Positions 41,501-50,041 of a stretch of 64,000 bases of DNA are shown piece by piece. Position numbers and translations under genes: made by a program. The stretch is taken from positions 32,016,012 to 32,080,011 of the forward strand of contig CP154954.1 in the NCBI GenBank assembly GCA_039621445.1. Direction: 5' to 3'. Each line of letters begins with the position of its first letter. Within the stretch, counting starts at the first letter, position 1. Source of the DNA: Euglena gracilis. Lineage: Eukaryota. A model generated the notes under the pieces. The model was not told where the DNA came from and did not search any database. It saw only the letters and a list, made by a program, of their open reading frames with translations.

Positions 41501-42604
41501 TGTTTCCTCGACCCTTTGGACCCCACCTGGGTTCTGTGCTCTTGGTGTGGTTCCCAATTGTTGTGTTGCTGTCTGCGTCGTTGTTCGCAATTGGATGGGC
41601 ATGATGATGAGATCGTGCTCTTGGTTTGGTTCCCAGTTCTTGCGTTGCGTTCTGGTGGTGGTGGTGGTTATGGGATGCTGGTGGTCCTCCACCAGCATCC
41701 CATACCATACTTGCACATGCGCTGTTCCCCCGTGGGTCTGCCCCGCCCTCCCCATGGGGTGCCCTTCTCTGTGGGCTGCACTTTTTGGGTGTATCCCCAC
41801 CAGTTGGCTGGGTACTGGTACAGACACTGCTGTGCAAACCAGCACGCCTTGCCATTGCTGCGGGCGTTGGTGTCGGTGTGGGTGTGTCCACCTTTTGTGT
41901 GGTTACCTCCAAACTGTGGTGGCAAAATCAAGGCGGGTGGTTGGGAGTGTGTGTAGAAGTTGATTTTCCGGTGCCTCGGACTGTGGTCCAGCCTTCGGCA
42001 CTGTTTGGTTTGTTTTGCTAAACGGGTTGGTGCCATTTCTGATGGGGCTGGCTGCCTCCAGGAGCTTGTTGGGCACTTGGTGCATGCCCCGGCTCTCGCC
42101 TTTTTTTTGTCCCCAGGGACCCCCTTTGGCTGTGACCGGAGGACCACGGTTCTCGGCCTCGCCTATCCGCTCCCCTTCCTTCCAGTCGTGGCTCTCCTCT
42201 TTTGCTGCCATTTCTGTGTCCCCATCAGAAGAGAACCTCTCTTTGCCTGACGCCCTCGCCTGGCGCCTCATATTCTGTTCTCTGTGCTCTGTTTGTTCAC
42301 TCTGGTACCATTGAGGTTGGGTCCTGGTGCGTGTGCTTTTCCTGGGCCTGCTCTGCAACAGTACCTCGGTTTCCACCCATGCCAAACCGATGTGCTGCCA
42401 CTCGGCCTCCTCCTCCAGCTGTATGCGCAACACGCCCTCCTCTCCCAAACCACAATGGCGTTGCAGGTCTTCTTCTACCAGCAAGATGTTGAGCTGCCCG
42501 CCTCCAGCAACCCAGAATGCCCAACACCTCGCCAATCGGTCTTTGTTGTGTTTTGTACCACCACGCTTCTCTGTCTCCACCCCTTTCTCCCTCTCCCGTT
42601 CTCC

Positions 42605-42750
42605 TCTTTTGCTCTCTTTGGGTGACATTCCGGGTGGATCAGAAAGCTCTCTTCCCCCTTGTGCTGTGGCTGTGCTGCTCACCCAGGCACTCCCTGGTAA
42701 CTGTTGCAGTCAACTCTCCTGTCCTGTGAAAAACCTCATCCTCCAGTCTT
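42605..42750 (-). pseudogene. Second, degenerate J-domain copy
   Basis: The DNA CGGGTGGATCAGAAAGCTC and TGTTGCAGTCAAC recur from the first J-domain. It translates across frameshifts as ELTATVTRECLG...SFLIHPECHPKRAKE. Confidence 0.6.
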
Positions 42751-43199
42751 TCTCCGCTGGCCCCCTCTGTTCTCGGCACCCTTGGAAATTTGTTTTCTCT
42801 CTTCTGCCACTCTCTGGTCCGGCTGCTCCTCCGTCTTCTTCCACGCAGCACCCGCAGTGGGGCACCTTCAGTCCCCCCCTGGGGCTTGACCCCCGGCACA
42901 CTCGCCTCCCTCGTCGAACCTCCCTTTTGGCGCACCACTGCGCCCCCCCCCATGGCCTCCGGTTGCCTCCTGCCATAGTCTTCCTCTTCTCCCCATGTTC
43001 CGGCCCACCCTCCAGTCCTTCCCCTCCCCTGCGCCCTCTCCCGTTTCCTCCCATTGCCACCCCTCCCTCTCCACCTTCCCCAACACAGCGCCTTCTCCTT
43101 CCACCCCATTGCCTCTACAGCTGCACTGACCCCCCACCCCCAGCCCCCCGTGCCCCCCCCCCCGTCCCCCGGGGTTGGTAATGGTGCCACCTTCTCTGT

Positions 43200-43383
43200 C
43201 ATCCACCCAATCCTTTTCATCTCCCAGCTTCTGAAAAGCCTCTTTGCTCTTTGGGTGGGAACATTCATCCGGGTGGATCAGAAAGCTCATCCTCTTGTAA
43301 ACTGCCATGCAGTCCTGGCTGGGGGTGGTTTCTCGGACCCCCAGGGCTTGCCACGGAGTTGTTGCAGTCAACACTCGTGTCAC
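43200..43383 (-). pseudogene. DnaJ J-domain with intact HPD inside the PLE
   Basis: TPWQALGVRETTPSQDCMAVYKRMSFLIHPDECSHPKSKEAFQKLGDEKDWV; HPD at 43267-43275. Confidence 0.85.
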
Positions 43384-43599
43384 TGCTGCGCTCTACAAAA
43401 CTCATCAACAACTCCACGTCGTCATCAATGAAAACATTGCCCTGGCGACTAGCTTTCTCCCTCCTGATCTTTGCTCTGCGCTTCTGCACAGCTTTCTGGT
43501 AAGCTTCGGCTTTGTTCTCAGCCCTGGTTGGCACCATTAGCAGTGGTTTCCTCACCTTCAAGTGGGTTGTGTGGTGGCTCCTCTCTGGATCCGGGCTTC

Positions 43600-44020
43600 C
43601 GTCTATCATGATCGCGTCGTAATGACCCCTGTTTTGGTGGAACACCACCCGCCTGAGGGGACCTCTGGAGCCATGTTGTGTGCACTCTTGACAATGGTCA
43701 CCATGGTCCAGAAACACCCGCAGTCTGAATTTCAAGACAGGAGGCAACAAAGCCAGCTCCGGTTCTTCAGCCCAATGGATATGGCTGACCACTGATGCCA
43801 AATATCCCTCCTTGTCCCAGTCCAGGGTTGTCAGGGTTTGTCCTACCGACATTCCCGAACCCGGGATCTCTGTATCCCATTCCTCCCTGACATAAGCTGC
43901 TTACTTTGCGTACTTTGCATACTTTGCGGCGCAGTTCCAGTGCCACGGTGCCCTCGTTAGACACGGCAGCGCAATGGAACAGACATGACCCATCGGGGCT
44001 GCTAGCCACAGGGTTGCTTG
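43600..44020 (-). pseudogene. OTU-family cysteine protease (deubiquitinase-like) domain inside the PLE
   Basis: Cys box SSPDGSCLFHCAAV (~43960-44000) is followed by ALELRRKVC. After a frameshift come EGYLASVVSHIHWAEEPELALL and the His box VVFHQNRGHYDAI (~43611-43650). Confidence 0.8.
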
Positions 44021-44092
44021 GTTCTTCCTGACTACTTCCCCGCTGTGCCCACAGCAGCGTTGGCGTGCAGGGTGCTGACGGACTGGCACCTT

Positions 44093-44146
44093 GTGCTGGA
44101 ATGGGCACCCAACTTCTTGGTACAAACACCCGCTTCCAAACCGGCA
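44093..44146 (-). other. CCCH-type zinc finger (C-x5-C-x6-C-x3-H) in frame after the RT thumb
   Basis: CRFGSGCLYQEVGCPFQH in ORF 43901..44971. Confidence 0.7.
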
Positions 44147-44199
44147 CAATTTCTTTGCAAATGGGACAGCTTTGCTGTGCTCCTTGCCCTCCTTCTGCA

Positions 44200-45840
44200 C
44201 TTGCAGCCTCACCACACAAGTCATTTTGCGGAACCACGAACGCAGCTCCACCCGCCGGATTTCTTCCGCTTTCCACCAATCAGCAAGGAATTTGCTCCAC
44301 ATGCGGTCCAGTTCATGCCTAAAATACCCCCTACGGGTGGCTGCCAGGACAATGCCCTGCACTGCAAATTTGAACATTTGCAGCGTAGAGCACAGCCTTT
44401 GTGCTCTGATGAACTGGCCAGTGAGGACCCCTAAGCGCTGGGAGTCTGCGACCATTGACCCTGCCCCTGGGTACCTCCTGATTCGGATTGGGTACGTGCA
44501 ATCTCTGAAATGCATTCCGGTGAAGAACTTCATTTCCCCCGTGTGCACTAGCAGGAGCCACTTGAGGACCATTCCGAGGTACACAGATTCTCCATCATTG
44601 GTCTTTGTGTATTTGTACTGCATGCCATACTGCTCTGCAGTCGGGATGCATCCGGAAAATGAATGAATATCATCAATGAAACGGTAATTGTGCTCCATTT
44701 CCTCAAGTGTCTTTGTGGCGTCAAAACCTCTCTCAACAGGGTAGCAGTCCAGGTTGGCAATTTGGGGTGCACACGCCAACCCCATCCCAAACCCTTTCAC
44801 CTGCTTCAGCAGCGTGCTTCCCCTCTTGATGAACCCAGTGTCAATCACAAATTGCACCATTTCCAACACCTCCTCCTTTGACAAGCATCCAGAAGCATCC
44901 TGTGCTGCTTCCTCTGGCATGAGGTGCACCCACCTGTCTTTCCTTGCCCGCAGCTGGTGCCTCGCTTCCAATCTCTTTTCCTCCCATTCCCAAACCCACA
45001 GATCGCATCCCTGAGCCTGTCCTTCAACAACATCTGGTCAAATGAGGGGTACATTGTTACAAAATACACCGTAGTTGCCATTGCGCCCCGTTTGGCCACA
45101 TCTGTGACTTCAAAGCGCAACGGCTGTGCCACCTCCCCGACCGATTCAACAAACCAGCATGCCTTGGCCAACCCTTTCCTGCGGTTGTGGGCGTCCTTGC
45201 TTCGGAGTGAATGCATCACTTGTGTGTGCACACCCACCAACTCCTTGCCGGCGCCTGCAATGGACCCTTCTGGCTCTGTGTTTTCCTTTCGTTTTTCCTC
45301 CTCCTTGTCTTTTCTCACACCGCTTATCCACTGCAGGTTCCTTTTGGCAGATTTCCAGATTCCATAAATGTGTGCCTGTTGGGCTGCAGCCCTCTCTTTT
45401 CGAGGAAATCCCAATGCCTTTGGGTCAGGGCTTGTGGGTCTTCCTTGTCCACCTGAAAGGTGTGCCCCCACATATATCTGTACGTGTACATGGCCACCCC
45501 AACATGCGGTGCCCAGTCTTCCTTCAGAAACACCAAATGCTCTTGGATGGCCCGGATTTCTTTCTGGCCCATGTCTCCTGTGGGGAACATGGCGTTGTCA
45601 GAGCCTGTGAGCTTCTCCTTCACTCTCTGGATGATTGACAATTTCCAGGCTTCAAAATCTATAGGGTCTCCTCCCCTTTTCATCATTTACTGGATACAGC
45701 CCCTTTCCTAACTCCTGCAGCAAGGTCTCAGCCCTGTGTTCCAGCTTGTAGGCTTGCCCCTTGATCAACAACCCATTTACAAGCGGACTGTTGAACTTCC
45801 TGACATCTGCGGTGCCGATATGTCCTTTCCACACATCTTC
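44200..45840 (-). pseudogene. Reverse transcriptase domain (Penelope-like), frameshifted
   Basis: Split across ORFs 45652..45843, 45324..45686, 44845..45471 and 43901..44971. Motif A reads TTVYFVTMYPSF (catalytic Asp position is Tyr, 45064-45066). Motif B is QVKGFGMGLACAPQIANL and motif C is FIDD (44669-44680). The thumb reads GVLTGQFIRAQRLCS. Confidence 0.92.
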
Positions 45841-46339
45841 CACCCGTGGATGAAGGATATGACAGAAACTTTTGGGGTCTTTCTCACCGTTGATGTTTTC
45901 CCAGTTAAGAGTTCGGCTCTCTGTTTCGCGGTGAGGTCCTCATCTTCAAGCGCAGTGTAATTCAGCAACCAGCTGCCAATGGGTGGAACTTTGCGTTCGC
46001 ACACCCAAATGCGTTCTGCTGCTGTTCGGTCTGGGTGCAACTTGCAAACCTGCAATTCCCGGATCACTTTCCTCACCTCTGGTGCGTTCCATCCTTTGTG
46101 GGTGATTAGCAATTTCACAAAATCTCCTTTGGGCTTCTTCTTGAGCTCCTTGTGTCGCTTGAGCTCCTCCCGCACCAAACGCTCCAGAAAAGAGGTGATG
46201 GCGTCACAAATATCCGTCACCCACTGTTTCGCATCTGCCAGTCCTCTTTCCGACTTGCTGTACCACTCTCGGTGAAAATTTTCTCGGTGGGTGTTCCAAT
46301 CCGCCTTTACACCACCTTTATGGTACCCGCCAGTGCTCC

Positions 46340-46640
46340 CCAGTTGAAGCCCCGCGGCCACCAGGTGCCCAGGAAAGATGCCCACCAGCCCTCTCGATGG
46401 GCAGCTTTCTTGTGAAACTGTTTGTGCCTTTCTCGGCGTCCTGGGAACCTCTCCACTGGCCAACAGATCCATTCAAAAGCACTGGAGCTGTTGCGCATCA
46501 TCATGCTGATGGGGTCAGTCTCCCGGTTTTGACACCCCCAATGTGTTTTCATGCGCTCTTGCGCACCATGGTGGGCCAGGCCCACGTACCCCTTCCCTGA
46601 AGGCAAATGGTGCATGTAATAGATCTCTGAGATTGTGCCA
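46340..46640 (-). pseudogene. GIY-YIG endonuclease domain of the PLE
   Basis: ORF 46307..47008 reads SEIYYMHHLPSGKGYVG (GIY-x10-YVG), then ERMKTH (conserved Arg), HREGWW (conserved Glu) and PRGFN (conserved Asn). Confidence 0.85.
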
Positions 46641-46899
46641 GAATCCCTTCCTTCCACAAATTGCGGGACATGGTGGGAGTCACCATCTGCCCACCACCGG
46701 TGCTGGATGGAGGCCACCTTGGTCTGGACTTCCTTCACGCTCCTTCCTTCCAGATTTTTTACCAGGCACGATGGACCCTCCAGTTGAAAATCTTGAAATC
46801 TTTCCCGGAAAAAAAATGTTTTTTGTCCAAGGGTATGGGAGTGCAATTCTTGGATGTCATGTCCTGAGAGTGCAGGACCCCACGGCTTGCGCGGGTGAT

Positions 46900-47333
46900 C
46901 CCCCTTAGATGCACTTTCGCTTCTGTCTGGTTCAAGGCCTGGCGCTACATTCCGCTTCTGGCCCTTTCTTCGGAGCAACTCCCAATAATTGTCTGACCCC
47001 ATATTCACTGGGACTTCAAACGTCCGTTTTGTGGTTTCCTGGCCCTTCCCCTCCCCCTTGAGCTTTTGGCTCCCCTTTCTTGCTGCTGCTGCTGCTGCTG
47101 CTTCTGTTGCTGCTCGATTTCGTTACAAAGAGGTGCTCGGGGTGGTAAGGGGTCTACTCCTCCACTGCGTGCCGGCGAGTACCGGTGTCACCTGCAGTGG
47201 ACCCTTTTTACCACCACGGCCCTCCGGGTCCCCCTGGGAAGGAAATACTTTCCGCTGCTGCTTGCTGGGATGCTGCTGCTGCTGCTGTTTCCCCGACCCT
47301 TTGGACCCCACCTGGGCTCTGTGCTCTTGGTGT
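46900..47333 (-). repeat. Upstream pseudo-LTR (5'-truncated copy of the element 3' end)
   Basis: Near-identical by eye to 41120-41548. Both share the boundary CCCCTTAG(A/G)TGCACTTT. Confidence 0.85.
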
Positions 47334-47923
47334 ACCCCCCCAGGAGGGGTACTAAAATACACCCCAGGATGGCCAAGCAAAATTTTTTTCCTGTTCACGA
47401 GCTCGGCAATCGCAGATTTTTTTCGGGGGTTTTGACATCAGCAATGATCCTCCACCACCTGCTCCAGCCCGTGTGCAGCTTTGTTGATCGCCCACTCTGG
47501 GCGGAGGCGCGCCGGCAAAAGGCGGGGTCACCGGAGCAGTCGCCAAGGACCGTGGCCGTGGCTGTCGGACAGCGCGCCGGAGGAGGCGGGCCGGCCCGGC
47601 CGCTGGCCCGACACAGATCAAACCACAGCGCCAAATGCGCCGCCCCCCCCCCCCCCGCCCGTTGCCGCCCGGCTTCCACCCGCACCGTCGCCCCCGCAGG
47701 CCTCCGCTCTCCTCCGGTCCCTGGGCGCCTCCCTCATTGTTCCGCCGGGTTGGGAGGCGGGACTGCGTGGGGCCGTTGGACCCGGTCCGGGGGGTCGGCG
47801 ACCGGGGGAGCCGGGGAGGCCTCCGCAGGGCCGGGGGCGCTGGGGCACGAGGTGGGCAGCCCATCGGTTGTCTCTGGAGGGAGGGTCAGGGGAAGAAGAA
47901 ATGCATGCGGTTGCCCTGGGGGG

Positions 47924-48166
47924 CAGGGCTGTACGGGAAGGCCTGGGGGGGGGGTCAACTCCCGCCCACCGTGGGACCTGTTCAAAGAAAATTCCTTCAG
48001 CGCCAAGGCGCCAAAAGAAAAATTTGACCTAAAAATTGGCGCAACGGGAAATAAGGGAAGGCCTGATGGGAGGGACCCGCCCCCCATACCACCAGGATGG
48101 GGGTGGGGAGGTGGTCGACCCCCACCCGACACACCCATCTGTTGCGGGGCATCCCGTACAGCCCAG
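47924..48166. mobile_element. MITE
   Basis: TIRs CAGGGCTGTACGGGA / TCCCGTACAGCCCAG; related left ends at 36841 and ~59720. Confidence 0.65.
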
Positions 48167-48273
48167 CCTGGGAGTGACGTGTTTGTGTCGATGCATCGGG
48201 CGGAGGTCCCGGGACACCAGACATTGTGTGTGTTTTGCTGACACAAGGGCAACCCCCTCACCCCTCCCTGTGC

Positions 48274-48417
48274 GGAGGGCCCGGGCCAACCTTAGGGGTG
48301 GCCAAATTTGTATGTTAAGAATTCTGGCGGTCATATGCAAAAGGCTAAAGGCCAACTTTGCTTTGAGGGGTGACAAATTTGCATGTAAGGAGGAGGGGGG
48401 TCAAGCGCCCGGGGGGT
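48274..48417. repeat. Dispersed repeat family (copies also at ~58445-58590 and ~60890-61066)
   Basis: Shared GGGCCAACCTTA.GGG.GCCAAATTTG.ATGT.AAGAATT...GGCCAACT...CAAGCGCC.G core. Confidence 0.7.
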
Positions 48418-49530
48418 ATTTGGTACTTTATCCTGTGGATTGTTGAATGCGGTGGGATGGGAACTTCTAAAACGTAAAAGTCAGCCCCGTGTTTGAATGC
48501 TTGATCCCAAATTGATCCTCAGAGAAGTCGTGGAGAAACTTAATCCTAAGGTCGCAGAATAATTTCGACTCAACAAACCTCACAAATTTCCTGTTAAAAT
48601 TCCCTCCGACCCATTTTCCCCCTTCGTCAGGTACTTGTATTACTTGTACATGTATTTGGGAAGTCCCAAATTTTGTGCTGGTTTGTGATCATTTGTGGTT
48701 TTTTTGCGGCACGAATTTGTGGGAAACCCTGCACCCACCCACCTTTTGAAAACCTGGCCACCCTACCTCATCCCGCAGGGGGAGGGAATGCAAAATGGAC
48801 ATTTGGCGAGCGCGACGCCAAAAAAAAAAAAACGCTTGCAACGCGCAGGCGCAAAAACAGATGACGCCAAAAAAAAAAACGCAAAATAACGCAAAAAAAA
48901 GTTGCATATGTAAAATCCTTCAGGAGCTCCCCGGGATGTGCACTTTCTGCTGGAAAGGACTTAGAAAAATTTCCACCTCCACCAGGAAACTTTTATTTTG
49001 CATAAAAATATGCCGTTGTTGACAAAAAAAATGCAAAAATGGAAAAATTGGCAATTATTTGTCCCAGAAGAAAATTGGGGTCGAAAATGAAGATTTCTTG
49101 AAAGTCAAAATTTTCAAACAAAAAATAGGAAAATGGCCAAAAATAAAGCAAAAACTGTTGTACCCACGCCAACAGGGAAACTGACATCTGACAAACTGAC
49201 AAACTGATCAGCGAGTACAGAGGTCGGAAACAGGTCCCTGTGAAGACAGGGGACCAGAGGGCGATTTTCTGGGGGTCCGGGTCGAAGAAAATAAAAATTG
49301 GCATTCTTTTGACCCTGGCCGACACAAAAACTCTTAAAATATATTAATGGAAGACATGTCAGCAGATACAGCCTCCTATGATGACAGGTCAGCAGTAACA
49401 GACAGACAGTTTCCCAGGGGTGGACTGACCCTTTCTGAACAGTCCCTGTGAGGACCCCTGGGCCAGGGGTGCTGAAATGGCTGAAAGTTTGGGCAGGCTG
49501 GATGTCACCACCCCCCTTGGTGGCATTGAT

Positions 49531-49939
49531 CAGGGGGGGGGGGGGAATGCGCTCGCCCGGCCTCGGAAAAAATGCGCAAAAATGTGCAAAAATGCGCAAA
49601 ATGCGCAGAAAAAATGCGCATTTTTGGAAAAAATGCGCAAAAATGTGCAAAATCCGAGAAAAAATGCGCAAAAATCACGAAAATGCAAAAATTACCCAAA
49701 AACATGGAAAAATGGCACCAAATTTGAAGAAATTATGTAGAATAATGAGGAAAATGTAAGTTTCAAAAAAAGTCGAAAATTTCAAATTTTTGCAAAAAAT
49801 TACAAAAATGGTCAAAAAATGCGAAAATTTTGGAAAATCACGAAAAAAATGTGCCAAAAAGCAAAAAAAATGCGCTGAAAAAAATGAAAAAAAAATGCGC
49901 AAAAAATGCGAAAAAATGCGAAACGCATCCCCCCCCCTG
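49531..49939. mobile_element. TIR element with AAAAATGCGC repeats
   Basis: Ends CAGGGGG..GAATGCG / CGCATCCCCCCCCCTG, with flanking direct repeat CATTGAT. A related left end lies at ~31997. Confidence 0.75.
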
Positions 49940-50041
49940 CATTGATCCTCCAACCCAGCCTGAACTGGGCATTGCAAGGAGAGACATGGAAACAAAAAGC
50001 GTGGAAATGGCAGACCGTTTGTGCGTCACGTGTGTTGGCAT

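Larger units (their letters stand above)
41120..47333 (-). mobile_element. Penelope-like retroelement (N-terminal GIY-YIG + RT, Chlamys/Naiad-like architecture) with pseudo-LTR; decayed copy carrying CCCH, OTU and J-domain modules
   Basis: Frameshifted minus-strand ORFs give, in order: GIY-YIG; PLE-type N-terminal motifs (GHIGTAD...LLIKGQAY); RT motifs (IYGIWKSAK, WFVES, GFGMGLACAPQIANL, YRFIDD, YLG, GQFIRAQRLCS...RRGY); then the accessory domains. The 3' segment 41120-41548 is repeated as a direct copy at 46900-47333. Confidence 0.9.
40330..47864 (-). pseudogene. Pseudogenised paralogue of the MGC-start gene, interrupted by the PLE
   Basis: ATGGGCTGC at 47864 needs a 1-nt frameshift to read MGCxTSCP, and there is a TGA at 47734-47736. 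Exons beyond the PLE give LLQEEKEMVHSP and RRNAITF (40800-40975) and KWVEPRP (40350-40430). These match LLEQEEEEHSP, RRPNAILTF and WAAEPRP in the 24168 gene. Confidence 0.6.

Noticed and set aside
44200-45840. Telomerase, group II intron or retron assignment for the RT
   Set aside because: A linked GIY-YIG, the G-x-x-MG motif B, the PLE-type thumb and the pseudo-LTR structure fit a Penelope-like element. No maturase domain or TERT T motif is seen.
46925-46980. Hammerhead-like arrangement in the pseudo-LTR (minus strand CCGAAGA..AGGGCC/GGCCTT..GAAC)
   Set aside because: The core deviates from CUGANGA/GAAA, stems I and III are not evident, and the segment reads as coding.
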